Below, piece after piece: positions 29,798 through 41,100 of a stretch of 64,000 nucleotides of DNA. Every line of letters begins with the position of its first letter. The first letter of the stretch is position 1. The notes beneath the pieces are model-generated. The model had not been told where the DNA came from. It was given only the letters and a program-made list of their open reading frames with translations, and did no database searches. A program made the position numbers and the translations under genes. Source of the DNA: an uncultured delta proteobacterium (lineage in GTDB: Bacteria > Myxococcota_A > Polyangia > Fen-1088); assembly GCA_963755125.1 (NCBI GenBank), contig CAVWIP010000017.1, forward strand, positions 288,001 to 352,000, given 5' to 3'.

Positions 29798-32268
29798 GTC
29801 CGTCGCGGCTGGCCATCCTGGGCGTGCTGGCGGCCTTCGCGCCCGGTCTTGCCCATGCCCAGGACGACGATGCCGCGGCTACGCCGCAGGCGCAGCGACT
29901 GCGGCCACCTTCACTGTCGATCGATTCCGATTCCAAGCCGGGAGCGCCGATCAAGGTCCCGAGCCTGAAGGTGGTGCGCGTCCAATTCCGAGGCAATCGC
30001 AAGGTCGAGGACGACGCCATACGGATCAACCTGCACACGTTGCCCGGCCAATCACTGAACAAGGACATCTTGCAGGATGACGTGCGTGCCATCTGGAAGA
30101 TGGGCTACTTCGAGGATGTGCAGGTCGAGACCACCGACACCCCGGGCGGCGTGCTTCTGACCTACGTGCTCAAGGAGAAGCCCGCCATCCGCAAGATCTA
30201 CGTGTCGGGCCACGAGGAGGTCGGGCTTTCCAAGGTCAACGAGGTGCTCGACATCAAGAAGGAACAGGTGCTCGACCTGGCCAAGATCAAGAAGAACGTG
30301 GAAAAGATCCGCGAGCTTTACCTGCAGCGCGGTTTCTACATGGCGGACGTCGACTACGAGTTGCGCCGTGATAGCCCGGGCGAGGTGGACGTGTATTTTC
30401 GCGTGCACGAGAACAGCAAAGTGGAGGTCCGCAGGGTCAACTTCACCGGCAACCAGCACGTGACCGACCAGGAACTGCGCGACGTCATGCTCACCCAGGC
30501 CGGCGATCTCTTCTCGGCCGTGTCTTCATCGGGCACTTACCGCGAGGACGTCTTCCAGCGCGACCTGACCCTGATTCAGGGTTACTATTTCGACCGCGGC
30601 TACATCAACGTCAAGGTCGCGGAGCCCCGCCTGGAGCTGTCGGCCGACAAGCGCTCGCTCTACATCAGCATCTCCATCGACGAGGGCGAGCAATACCGTA
30701 TCGGCAGTATCGATCTGAAGGGCGATCTTCTGGAGAAACCCGAGATCATTCTCAGCCGCTTGCAGGTCAAGCCGGGCGAGATCTTCAACCGCTCCAAGGT
30801 GGCGCAGGATGTTCAGGCCATCGCCGATCTCTACAAGAACAAGGGCTACGCCTATGTGAACTCCACGCCCGAGACCACCGTCAACGAGAAGCAGCGGACG
30901 GTGAGCCTGTTCTTCGACATCCAGAAGGGCTCCGAGGTCAACTTTGAACGCATCGACATCCATGGTAACTCGAAGACGCGCGACAAGGTCATCCGACGCG
31001 AACTGCGCGTTTACGAGGGCGAGCGCTACAGCCAGTCCGGCCTTGACCTGTCTAAGCGCCGGGTCAATGCCTTGGGTTACTTCGAGAAGGTCGAAACCAA
31101 CACCAAGCGCGGTTCGAGCGACGACGCGATGGATGTCAACGTTGAGGTGGCCGAGCGGCAGACCGGTGCCTTCCAGATCGGGGCTGGTTTCTCCTCGGTC
31201 GAGTCCTTCATCGCGCAAGCGCAGATCTCGCAGAACAATCTCCTCGGCCGGGGCCAGTCGCTGGTCCTGCAGGCCCAGATGTCGTCGCTGCGGCAGCTCT
31301 TCATGCTGCAGTTCGATGAGCCGTATTTCCTGGATACCAACTGGCACTTCGGCTTCAACCTGTTCGACCAGCAGCGGTACTACCTCGGGTTCACGCGCCA
31401 GTCGAAGGGCGGCAGCCTGACCTGGGGCTACCTGCTGAGCGACACCGTGCGCATGTTCCTCACCTATACCTTGCAGGACATCTCCGTCACCACGGGGGGC
31501 CGCAGCAACCTATTCAGCGGCGGCCAGCGCAGCCCCTTGCCCCAGGGTTCGCTGGCCAACCTCCTGCACGCCGGCGTGGTTTCATCGTGGCGTATCTCGC
31601 TGACCCACGACACACGCAACGACCGCATGTTTCCGCGCAGCGGCTGGTACAACTCGATCTCCGCCGAGTTCGCCGAGCCGGCCTTCCTGTCGCAAGCCCA
31701 GTTCTCCCGTTTCGAGGGCACTGCGCGCTACTTCTACCCGGTATGGGGACCGCTGGTACTGCGCCTGAAAGGCGACATCGGCGCGGTGGTCAGCCGCGAG
31801 CCGCAGGGCGTGCCCATCTTTGAACGCTACTTCGTCGGGGGCATCTACGACGTGCGCGGCTTCCAGTTGGCCTCGCTGGGCCCGCAGATCCGCGTGCCCA
31901 GCGCGCAGTCGCCCGATTCGGCGCTGCGGACCTTCGCGGTGGGAGGGAACATGCAGGTGGTGGGCAAGATCGAGCTTGAAATGCCTTTGTTCGAGAAGCT
32001 CAACATCCGCGCTGTCGTGTTCAGCGATGTCGGCAACGCGTACAATCTGGAGCGACAGTACTGCCGGCTCAAGCCTGCCTCTGCCGATCTGTCCGTGGAT
32101 CCCTGCGTGGCCGTGTTCCCGCTCAACAGCTTGCGGTCAAGCTGGGGATTCGGGTTGCGCTGGTTCTCTCCCATCGGGCCGCTGCGCTTTGAATGGGGCT
32201 TCCCCTACAAGCCGCTGCCGGGTGAGGACTCCTCGGTTTTCGAGTTCACCATTGGCAACGATTTGTAG
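29794..32268 (+). CDS. bamA: Outer membrane protein assembly factor BamA
   Basis: POTRA repeats, VRGF motif, [10 protein letters not shown] barrel end. Confidence 0.95.
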   Translation: MSPSRLAILGVLAAFAPGLAHAQDDDAAATPQAQRLRPPSLSIDSDSKPGAPIKVPSLKVVRVQFRGNRKVEDDAIRINLHTLPGQSLNKDILQDDVRAIWKMGYFEDVQVETTDTPGGVLLTYVLKEKPAIRKIYVSGHEEVGLSKVNEVLDIKKEQVLDLAKIKKNVEKIRELYLQRGFYMADVDYELRRDSPGEVDVYFRVHENSKVEVRRVNFTGNQHVTDQELRDVMLTQAGDLFSAVSSSGTYREDVFQRDLTLIQGYYFDRGYINVKVAEPRLELSADKRSLYISISIDEGEQYRIGSIDLKGDLLEKPEIILSRLQVKPGEIFNRSKVAQDVQAIADLYKNKGYAYVNSTPETTVNEKQRTVSLFFDIQKGSEVNFERIDIHGNSKTRDKVIRRELRVYEGERYSQSGLDLSKRRVNALGYFEKVETNTKRGSSDDAMDVNVEVAERQTGAFQIGAGFSSVESFIAQAQISQNNLLGRGQSLVLQAQMSSLRQLFMLQFDEPYFLDTNWHFGFNLFDQQRYYLGFTRQSKGGSLTWGYLLSDTVRMFLTYTLQDISVTTGGRSNLFSGGQRSPLPQGSLANLLHAGVVSSWRISLTHDTRNDRMFPRSGWYNSISAEFAEPAFLSQAQFSRFEGTARYFYPVWGPLVLRLKGDIGAVVSREPQGVPIFERYFVGGIYDVRGFQLASLGPQIRVPSAQSPDSALRTFAVGGNMQVVGKIELEMPLFEKLNIRAVVFSDVGNAYNLERQYCRLKPASADLSVDPCVAVFPLNSLRSSWGFGLRWFSPIGPLRFEWGFPYKPLPGEDSSVFEFTIGNDL

Positions 32269-32335
32269 AGGTGGCCCTGAACCCTGGGGCGTGATATCCC
32301 TGGGCTTCCCTATGACCCAAATGGAGATGAAGCGC

Positions 32336-32902
32336 ATGATTCGTTCTACCCTAGTCGGATTGGTGATCGCGGCCGCCCTGATTCGGCCGGCGCTGGCCGA
32401 AGAAGTGAAGCTTGGCTTCGTTGACCTCCGGCGCGCTCTTTCCGAGACCGAGGATGGCCGCAAGGCCCGTGCCTCGCTCAAGAAGATTTTCGATCAGAAG
32501 CAGAAGGAGCTCGACGAGCAGCAGGACGACCTGAAGAAGGCCGTCGAGGATCTGAACAAGAAGAAGACCCTGCTTCCCGCTGACACCGTTCGCCAGAAGC
32601 AAGACGAATTGCAGGAACGGATGGGCAAGCTCCAGCAGACATACATGCGCCACCAGCAGGACTTGGCCGCGAAGGAAGAAGAGGCGACCCAGCCCATCGT
32701 CGAACGCCTGCAGCGGATCATCGCCAAGATCGCCGCAGCTGAGAACTTCACCATGATTTTCGACAAGAACCAGGGCGTCGTGTTTGCCAAGCCTCATCTG
32801 GATTTGACCAACGAGGTCATCCGTCGCTACAACTCGGGCGAGGAGAAGGGGGCTGCGCCGGCGTCGGCAGGCAGCAAGGCCGCGCCCAGCAAGAAGAAGT
32901 AG
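32336..32902 (+). CDS. skp: Skp/OmpH periplasmic chaperone (start could be 32312-32336)
   Basis: Signal peptide, KLGFVD, long coiled coil, DLTNEVI; follows bamA. Confidence 0.9.
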   Translation: MIRSTLVGLVIAAALIRPALAEEVKLGFVDLRRALSETEDGRKARASLKKIFDQKQKELDEQQDDLKKAVEDLNKKKTLLPADTVRQKQDELQERMGKLQQTYMRHQQDLAAKEEEATQPIVERLQRIIAKIAAAENFTMIFDKNQGVVFAKPHLDLTNEVIRRYNSGEEKGAAPASAGSKAAPSKKK

Positions 32903-32910
32903 CGGGGGCC

Positions 32911-33375
32911 ATGGAGCTCGATAGGCGCGCCATCGAAGCCATCCTGCCGCACCGAGCCCCCTTTCTCATGATCGACCACGTCGAGTCGCTCGACGGGGAT
33001 CGTATCGTCGCGCGCAAGACAGTGGCTGCGGATGAGCCGTTCTTCCAGGGCCATTTTCCCGGTCATCCCATCATGCCTGGCGTGCTCATCATCGAGGCTC
33101 TGGCGCAAGCGGGGGCGGTGTTGGCCGCGCGCCATCGCTCCTTTGATTCCGCTCGTCAGATCATGGTCTTCATGGCCATCGACAAGGCGAAGTTCCGCAA
33201 GCCGGTGCTTCCCGGCGACATCCTCAAGCTGGATGTGGTTCCTCTGCGCATGGGAACCGCCGTGTGGAAAATGCGCGGCGAAGCGAAGGTCGGCGATTCC
33301 CTGGTCGCCGAGGCGGAGTTTCTCGCCGGTATCCGGCCCCGCAGCGACGTGGCTTGCACACCAGGCGCCGAATGA
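32911..33375 (+). CDS. fabZ: 3-hydroxyacyl-ACP dehydratase
   Basis: LPHRAPFLMID, FFQGHFPGHPIMPGVLIIEALAQ, FRKPVLPGD. Confidence 0.96.
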   Translation: MELDRRAIEAILPHRAPFLMIDHVESLDGDRIVARKTVAADEPFFQGHFPGHPIMPGVLIIEALAQAGAVLAARHRSFDSARQIMVFMAIDKAKFRKPVLPGDILKLDVVPLRMGTAVWKMRGEAKVGDSLVAEAEFLAGIRPRSDVACTPGAE

Positions 33376-34883
33376 CTCCGCCGGACACGGGGCTGCCTTG
33401 TCCCTGGTATCCAGACAACGCGCGGCCCGTCCGTAATCCGCCCACGCCTGTCGGAGGTCGTAGACGTGGCCGTGGCCGGATGATCGTCATCGTCGCCCTG
33501 CTGGCTGGTCTGGCCGGCACCTCCTGTCGCCGCGCGCCGCATTTCGTGCGCGGCGACGCGGCAGCCGTCGTGGTCGTGCAGCGAACCAGGGACGCAGGGG
33601 GCCCGCCGCTGGTCGCGGAACACGAGCCGAACGACACTCCAGCCGCGGCGCAAGAGCTGGTTTGGGCTGGCACACCCCCTGCCGCGGCGATCAGGGGAAC
33701 GATCGAGCGGAGCAGTGCCGGCAGGGCCGCGGACATCGACTTGTTCAAGGTCGTCATTCCGGGACAACGCTTGGTCGTCGCCTCTGATGCGGGCCGGGCC
33801 GCCGATCTGTTCGCTGCTGCCAGGCGCGTGTCCGTGGTCGTCAACCCCGAGGCAGGACTTGCGCTCGCCGTCGATCTTCTCGACGAGACAACGCGGGTCG
33901 TGAAGACTCTGGCAGCCGGGCCAGGCGAGACAGTTGGCCTGCCGAACATGGCGGCACTGCCGGGCTGCACCTACTACCTTCGCGTGCGATCCGCACCGGC
34001 CGGCAAGGTTCGCGGTGGTGTGGATGCGGGCGCGGCAGCGGGCAGTTCCTACCAGATGACGGTGCTGCTGCTTGACTTCGACGCCGCCGACGAGCGTGAG
34101 CCCAACGACCGGCCGGAATCGGCGGGCGAGCTGTCCTGGCAGGGCCGAAGCGCGCTTGCGTCCGGGCTTTTCGGCTGGCGTCACGATGAAGATTGGTACC
34201 GGCTGCCGCTCGACGCCGCGGAACCTGGGTGGGTCCTCAACCTGGACCTCGATGGAGTGGAAGGTGTGGCCGCTGGTCTGGCTGTCAACGATTCAGCGGG
34301 CAGGAAGATCGTGGCGGTGCGGGGGCGAAAAGGCGAGAAGCTGACTCTGCGCAACCTCGTCCCGCCGACTGTGGCGGCCGATGCCAGTGCAAGCGCTGCC
34401 GGAAGCCGATGGTGGTACTTGGTCGTGCGCGCGGAGAGCGGGATTGATCGCGAGCATCGCTACGTCGTGCACGCCGAGACCGTCCCGCCCGAAGCGCGGG
34501 GCGGTTTCGAGACCGAGCCCAATGACGATGCGGCCCATGCCTCGCCGCTGGCCGACGGCACGACCTCTGGCTATCTGTCGGTGGGCGATGTCGATGTCTT
34601 TCGCTACGTTGCTGCCGAGCCGCGCGAACTGGACATCGAAGTCAGCCCGCCTTCCAGGGTGAGGGTCAAGGTCGAGGTCATCAGAGAGCGAGATGGGCAG
34701 GTTTTGGCTGAGGCGGTTGCTGCCAAGACGCGCCAGACGGTAGCCATCCACGGCCTCCTCTGTCCGGCGGAACCGATCCTCATCCGGCTCTCCCAGGGCA
34801 AGCACGACGGAAACGCGAGCGAGCCCTATCTGCTCAGGGTGGCCGGCCGGCTGTCGCAACGAGACGCAGGAAAACGGGACTAG
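33372..34883 (+). CDS. Putative lipoprotein with three E-x-EPND (PPC-like) beta-sandwich repeats
   Basis: ATGA overlap with fabZ (alternative ATG 33480); lipobox-like LAGTSC; EHEPND, EREPND and ETEPND, each followed by a D-x-D-x-[FY] motif. Confidence 0.75.
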   Translation: MTPPDTGLPCPWYPDNARPVRNPPTPVGGRRRGRGRMIVIVALLAGLAGTSCRRAPHFVRGDAAAVVVVQRTRDAGGPPLVAEHEPNDTPAAAQELVWAGTPPAAAIRGTIERSSAGRAADIDLFKVVIPGQRLVVASDAGRAADLFAAARRVSVVVNPEAGLALAVDLLDETTRVVKTLAAGPGETVGLPNMAALPGCTYYLRVRSAPAGKVRGGVDAGAAAGSSYQMTVLLLDFDAADEREPNDRPESAGELSWQGRSALASGLFGWRHDEDWYRLPLDAAEPGWVLNLDLDGVEGVAAGLAVNDSAGRKIVAVRGRKGEKLTLRNLVPPTVAADASASAAGSRWWYLVVRAESGIDREHRYVVHAETVPPEARGGFETEPNDDAAHASPLADGTTSGYLSVGDVDVFRYVAAEPRELDIEVSPPSRVRVKVEVIRERDGQVLAEAVAAKTRQTVAIHGLLCPAEPILIRLSQGKHDGNASEPYLLRVAGRLSQRDAGKRD

Positions 34884-35128
34884 AGATCTTCGTACTGTCT
34901 GGTGCGTTGAACAGCCGGGGAGGGACGGACCCGCGAAGCCCAGAGGTTTCTGGGTCGGGACCACGACACCCGTGTCACGAATCGGCCCGGCTCGGCCCTC
35001 TTGCTGCAGCCAGGCCAAAACACGACTTGGGCGTGCAACCCGTCGATTCCACGGCAGTTATTCCAACAGCTCTCACGATTCTTGACTGACAGGCGGCGAT
35101 GTTGCAAGCCATAGAAGAAGGCCATCCG

Positions 35129-35324
35129 ATGCTTGAGCCCTGGATCATCGATCAGAATCCGACGCCGCGAGGAAGAAGAGCGCCGCCGCGGCGAACGGTC
35201 CCAGCTTGAGCTGCCCGTCCCGGAAACACCCGAGGACAGGCCGGGGAGTGATGCGGGCGACGAGGACCACGGGGACAATGGCGAGCCCGGGACCAAGCGG
35301 GGCGTCGTCATCATCGCCATGTAG
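35129..35324 (+). pseudogene. Small charged protein split by an apparent 1-nt insertion (pseudogene or assembly error)
   Basis: ATG 35129 gives MLEPWIIDQ; skipping one A at 35156 continues IRRREEEERRR...RGVVIIAM to a stop. Purine-rich RBS-like GAAGAAGG upstream. Confidence 0.5.
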
Positions 35325-35398
35325 GGACACGTAGTCCGCACCGATTGGCGGACAGTCGGGTTTTTTGCCTTCCCTGGAAAACCCTTTATCAAGGTGTC

Positions 35399-38014
35399 AT
35401 GGACCTTGAGCAAGAGGGCAAGAAGCGAGATTTCAGGGTTCGGAGTTTCGTAGGACGCGAGCAGGAACGCCGGGCGCTCGATGGCGCTCTTGCACGAGCC
35501 ATCCGCTTCGATGCGCCGCAGTTCGTGACAGTCATCGGCGAGAGTGGGCTGGGGAAAACCAGGCTTGTCCAGGAATGGGTCAAGCACGTGGAAGAAGGGG
35601 GAGAATTCCGCGTCTTTCTTGCCGACGGCAGGAAGCCAGCCGACCGACAGGCACCAGCCTTCATGATGCTAGCGGCATTGCTCCGCAAGCGATTTGGCAT
35701 CACGGCGGAGATGGACGACACGACAGCCAAGGCCGGGTTCCGCACCGAGTTGCAGTCCGTCTTTGGGGACCGTCGCGTTTCCGAGGTCGCGGGCTTGCTG
35801 GGCCAGTTCCTGGGGTTCGACATGCCGGAAAGCCCGCTCGCACAGTCGCTGGCCATGCGTCCCGAGCGGCAGCTCGACATGGCTCGCGCCGTTCTGGGAC
35901 GCTTTTTGGAAGAGGACGCGCGCAAACACCCGCTGGCCTTGGTAGTCGACGACATCCACTTGGCGGATGATGCATCACTGGATGTGCTGCAATGCCTGTC
36001 CGCCGAGTTGGGCGAGGCAGCCATCGTGGTGGTGGTGGCGGCTCGGCCTGAGTTGTTCGTGCGCCGGCCGGAGTGGATGAGACAAGAAGGCAGCCACGCG
36101 CGCGTCGACGTGAAGCCGCTCGCTCCCTTGGAGATGGACGTGTTCATCAAGTGCGCGCTCGGTGCACAGGAGCTGGCGCCGGGGTTGGCGGAGCGCGCAG
36201 CGATCGAGTCGGGCGGCAATCCCTTCCTGCTGGAGCAACTTCTCGGCGTGTATCACGAACACGGCATTCTGGTCGCGGCCACAGCGAGTTCGTGGCTGTT
36301 CGACTTGGAGCGCGCGGATCAGGAGCCCATTGCGCTCGGACCCGAAGCGGCTGCGCAGGCACGCGTGGCGACCTTGTCGTCTGCCGAGCGAGAGTTGCTC
36401 GGGCGAGCGGTGGCCATGGGCCCGGTGTTCTGGACCGGCGGCGTGGTGGCTCTGGGACGCATGGGGGCCGATCCCTGGGATCCGACCATCGTGTTTGCCC
36501 CGGATCCCTCCATCGAGGAGACCAAGCGGCTTGAGCTGTCGTTGCAGGAACGCGGCTTCATAGGCCAGGCTTCCGAGAAGATCTTGGCCTGTGGTGACGG
36601 CGCGTGGGCCTTGGTCGAGCCGGCGGTGCGCACCCTCATCGAAGCCGGGGTTGACCCTCGAACGTTGGCCCAGCGCCGGTGCTTTGCGGCCCAGTGGATC
36701 GAAGCCAGGTTGGGCGCCTCACCGTCGAGCGAACAACGCGAGTACGTGGCGGCACTGTACGCCGAGGGTGGCGATGATCGCAGGGCGGCGTTGGCCTATC
36801 TGGCCGCCGGGGATCTGGCCGGACAACGCCGGCGCTACGAGCGCGCGCGCGCCCTGTACTTGCACGGTGTCCGCCGGCTCGCAGCCGACGATGCCCTGCT
36901 CAAGATAGAGGCTTGCCACAAGCTGGGCGATGCGGCGGCTCGGCTCGGGCGCGGGCGCGAGGCGCTGGCCCACTTCGGCGAGATGCTTAGGGTGGCGTGG
37001 CGGCTGGATCTACCCGCCAAGGGCGGAGCCGCTCACTCGCGGATAGGGCGCATCCATCGCTCGCTGGGGGACTACCGGCTGGCACTGCAGCACCTGGACA
37101 TGGCGCACCTGCTCTTCGATCTTGCGGGCGATCGGCCTGGCGTGGCGGCCAGCCTGGACGACATCGGTCGGGTCAATTACCTCATCGGAAGGCCAGACGA
37201 GGCCCTTCGCTGCCACCGAGCTGCGCTGTCAATCCGCGAGGAGTTGCACGACCTGCGTGGCAAGACGCTCACCCTGTCGTGGATGGGGCTGGTGGAGGCG
37301 CAGATTGGCGAGCTGGGCCGGGCGCAACAGAGCTTCCAGGAAGCGCTTCTCATCAGCAAGAGCACGCGCGATCCTCATGGAATCGTCTTTTCGCTGCTGG
37401 ATCTGGGAAGCCTGGCGCGCGAGGCCGGTCATCCGGCGCTGGCGCACAACCTGCTGGAGCAGGCGCGTGCCGTGGCCCGCGAGATGGGGGAGTGTTTGAA
37501 CGAGTGTCACCTGGCTTTACAGATCGGCGAGTGTCATCTGGCGCTTGGCCAGGTGGCGCATGCTGAGGCCGAGCTGAAAGCGGCCCGGGACATCGCGCGC
37601 AAGTTCGGCGCGCGGCGACTCTGCGCCGAGGCTGACCGCGGGCTTGCCGAGATCTGTCTGGTGCGCGAGGATCATGTGGGCGCGCGCGAGCACGCCAGCC
37701 GGGCCGCGGCGGAGGGTGAGAAACTGGGCGCCGGGCCACTGGTGGGCGCGGCTTTGCGGGTGTTGGCCACGGCGCTCTCGCGGGGCGCGCCTGGCGAGTC
37801 GGAACGCGGCGGCCCGCGCGAGGTCTTCGATCGGTCTGTCGAAGTGCTGGGGGAATCACGCGCGGAGCTGGAGCTGGGCCGGGCCTTCTCCGCCTATGCG
37901 GAGTACGAGGAGCGGACGGGCAGGGCGGCTGCTGCGGATGACCTGCGTGAACGGGCGCGGGCCATCCACCAGCGGGCCATTCATGGAGAGACCGCCAGCG
38001 TTGCCGAAGTGTAG
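35399..38014 (+). CDS. STAND-like P-loop ATPase with C-terminal TPR repeats
   Basis: FVGREQE, Walker A GESGLGKT, Walker B LVVDDIH, GGNPF, multiple TPRs. Confidence 0.88.
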   Translation: MDLEQEGKKRDFRVRSFVGREQERRALDGALARAIRFDAPQFVTVIGESGLGKTRLVQEWVKHVEEGGEFRVFLADGRKPADRQAPAFMMLAALLRKRFGITAEMDDTTAKAGFRTELQSVFGDRRVSEVAGLLGQFLGFDMPESPLAQSLAMRPERQLDMARAVLGRFLEEDARKHPLALVVDDIHLADDASLDVLQCLSAELGEAAIVVVVAARPELFVRRPEWMRQEGSHARVDVKPLAPLEMDVFIKCALGAQELAPGLAERAAIESGGNPFLLEQLLGVYHEHGILVAATASSWLFDLERADQEPIALGPEAAAQARVATLSSAERELLGRAVAMGPVFWTGGVVALGRMGADPWDPTIVFAPDPSIEETKRLELSLQERGFIGQASEKILACGDGAWALVEPAVRTLIEAGVDPRTLAQRRCFAAQWIEARLGASPSSEQREYVAALYAEGGDDRRAALAYLAAGDLAGQRRRYERARALYLHGVRRLAADDALLKIEACHKLGDAAARLGRGREALAHFGEMLRVAWRLDLPAKGGAAHSRIGRIHRSLGDYRLALQHLDMAHLLFDLAGDRPGVAASLDDIGRVNYLIGRPDEALRCHRAALSIREELHDLRGKTLTLSWMGLVEAQIGELGRAQQSFQEALLISKSTRDPHGIVFSLLDLGSLAREAGHPALAHNLLEQARAVAREMGECLNECHLALQIGECHLALGQVAHAEAELKAARDIARKFGARRLCAEADRGLAEICLVREDHVGAREHASRAAAEGEKLGAGPLVGAALRVLATALSRGAPGESERGGPREVFDRSVEVLGESRAELELGRAFSAYAEYEERTGRAAAADDLRERARAIHQRAIHGETASVAEV

Positions 38015-38172
38015 GAGCTGAGCCCACCTCCGCTCCCTCGGCACGTTCCGCTACCGGACACTGTCTGGCTCGGAGACGGAGAAGAAAGATCTTGTGCTCG
38101 CTGCGGTGCCCTGACCACAATCAAAGCTGATCCATATCCGCAGATAGCCAACCTCACCGGGAGTAAGGACTT

Positions 38173-41100
38173 ATGATGCGTAGCCTAACGGCTTTGGCCT
38201 GGGCGGTTTTCTTGGTATTGATGGGGGCTTGCGTGAACGTGGACAAGCCGGCCGCCGTGGTTGAGTGCGAGAAGGCCGATGGTGGGTGTACGAACCACGG
38301 AGGTGATGGCAGCGCCGGTCCCGGTGCCGACGTCAAGCCCGCACAAGACGCCGCGGGGAACAGCAGCCCCGACGGAACTACCGTGAAAGACGGGCCTGCT
38401 TCCTCTGTCCCCGACGTCAGCCCAGTCGGCCCGTCCGATGGTGTGCCTGACCTTCCATCTGGTGTCGTGCAGGATGCCTCGTTGGATGTCGCTGTGGACG
38501 CGGCCAAGGATATCGCACAAGACGTTGCTCGCGATGGCACGACGGATTTGGCGAGCGGCCCCTGCTGGAATGCTGGTAGCCCGGTGGCGGCTGGCACCAT
38601 CTGCCGCCTGCCGGTCGGCCTGTGCGACGTGGAGGAGGTCTGCGACGGCATCAACGCCGCATGCCCGGCGGACGCGTACGCGCCTTCGACGAACGTATGT
38701 CGCCCGGCTGCAGGAGACTGTGACATCGCCGAAAGCTGCTCCGGCTCCAGCCCCGATTGCCCGGCCGACGCTTTCCTGACAGCGGGCGAGGTCTGTCGCC
38801 CGGCCACAGGCATCTGCGATCTGGCCGAGAGCTGCTCGGGAGTCGGCCCCGACTGTCCCGCTGACAGCTTGGTTCCGGCCGGAACCGTCTGCCGTGCGTC
38901 CACAGACAGCAACCAATGCGATCCGGCCGAAACCTGCACCGGCACGAGCGTCTCCTGTCCGGCCGACGTCAAGTACACGCGTCCTGCAGCGCCCACGGGC
39001 GTGACTGCTGCGCCGGGGACGTTGCAATCCACCATCTCCTGGACGGCAGTGGCTGGCGCCACCGGGTACAACGTCAAGCAGAGCGTCACCTCAGGCTCTG
39101 GCTACACCACACAGGGCACTCCGCCCACAGCGACCGCCTCTCCCTACGTCAACACCGGCCTGACTGGCGGCACGACCTACTACTACGTCGTCACCTCAGT
39201 CAACACCGTCGTGACCTGCGAGTCAGCCAACTCCACCGAAGTCAGTGTGAAACCGTCGGGTATCTGCACCCCACCGGCGGCGCCCACGGTGACTCCCACC
39301 TCGGCCAACGGCCAGGTCTCTCTGACCTGGACGGCTTCTACTGGCGCCACCTCGTACACCGTCGCGCGTAGCACCACGACGGGGACAGGGTACGTATCGG
39401 TGGCCACCATCACCACGGGCACCACTTACAGCGACGTCAATGTTTCAAACGGGACAACCTACTACTACGTGGTCACGGCCAGCAACGGTTCGTGCAGTTC
39501 CGACAACTCCGTCGAGGTTTCCGCATCGCCGAGCTGCGTCCCGCCGGCTGCACCGACCAACCTGGTCGCCACGGCCAACAATGGCTCGGTGGCGTTGACA
39601 TGGACCGCGCCGACCGGCGCCATCTCCTACCGCATCCTGCGCAGCACGACCTCGGGTTCTGGTTACACCCTGGTGGGCACGTCAGGGACCGCCAGCTACA
39701 CCGATACCAGCGTCACCAATGGCACGACCTACTACTATGTCGTGACCGCCAGCAACGGTTCGTGCAGCTCGGCCAATTCCGCAGAGAAGTCCGCCACTCC
39801 GGCCTGTACACCGCCGTCAGCGCCAACCAACCTCACGGCCACGCCGGGCAACGGCCAGATCGTGCTCGCGTGGACCGCGTCGACGGGAGGCGCGGTTTCG
39901 TATCAGGTTCTGCGCGGCACGAAGACCGGCGGTCCCTACACAGCCATCGCCACGCCGACCAGCACGGGCTATACGGATACTGGTCTGATAAACGGGACGA
40001 CCTACTACTATGTCGTGACCGCCAGCAACGGATCCTGCAGCTCTGCCAACTCCACCGAGGCTTCCGCCGCGCCGGTGTGCACGCCTCCGTCGGTGCCGAC
40101 CATCACAGCAACCCCGGGCGATGGCCAGGTGGTTCTCTCTTGGACCGCCGCAACCGGGGGCGCGGTGTCGTACGTCGTCTCGCGCGGCACGGTCAGCGGC
40201 GGCCCCTATGGCACCGTCGTCGCCAGCCCGACCGGGACCACCTTCACGGACCAGACTGTGGTGAACGGGACGACCTACTACTACGTGGTCAGTTCCAGCA
40301 ACGGCACCTGCCAGTCACTTCCCTCGACCCAGGCTTCCGCCACCCCGGTCGCAGCCTGCACACTGGTTGCGCCGACCGGCGTGACCGCCACTGCCGGCAA
40401 CCAGCAGGTGACACTGAACTGGACGGCTGTCACTGGGGCGACTTCGTACAACATCGGCCGCAGCACGACCACCGGCACTGGCTATGCCTCTGCGGGAACC
40501 GTGACCGCCCCCACCGTCACCTTCGTTGATACTGGCGCGACATTGCCATTGTCGAACGGGACCAAGTACTACTATGTGATCACCGCTAGCAACACCACGT
40601 GCACCTCGCCGACTTCGACCGAGGTTTCCGCCACCCCGGCCTGTGTCCCGCCGACGGTCCCGACTGGCGTCACGGCAACGGCGAACACGGGCAATGGCAA
40701 CATCGCTGTCTCGTGGGGCACCGTGACCGGTGCCACGGGGTACACGGTGTCGCGCGGAACCAGCGCGAGTGGACCGTTCATTGCAGTGAGCAGCAACCAG
40801 ACCGCTGCCACCTATACGGATTCGACTGGCCTGACTGCCGGCACGACCTACTTCTACGTGGTCAGCGCCAGCAGCGCGGCTGGTACCTGTGCCTCCGGCA
40901 ACTCCACGCCGGCTGTCTCGGCCATGTCCTGCACCTTGCCCCCGGTGCCCATTGGTCTGACCGCGACTGGCGGAAATGCGCAAGTGGCGTTGATCTGGAC
41001 GGCCTCGACCGGCGCCACTTCGTACAATGTCTTGCGCGGCACCGCCAGTGGAGGTCCGTACACCTCGATCGCCACGCCCACCACCGCCAGCTATACCGAT

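Noticed and set aside
39450..40060. Near-identical DNA repeats such as CTACTACTATGTCGTGACCGCCAGCAACGG
   Set aside because: Explained by the Fn3 domain repeats in the coding frame.
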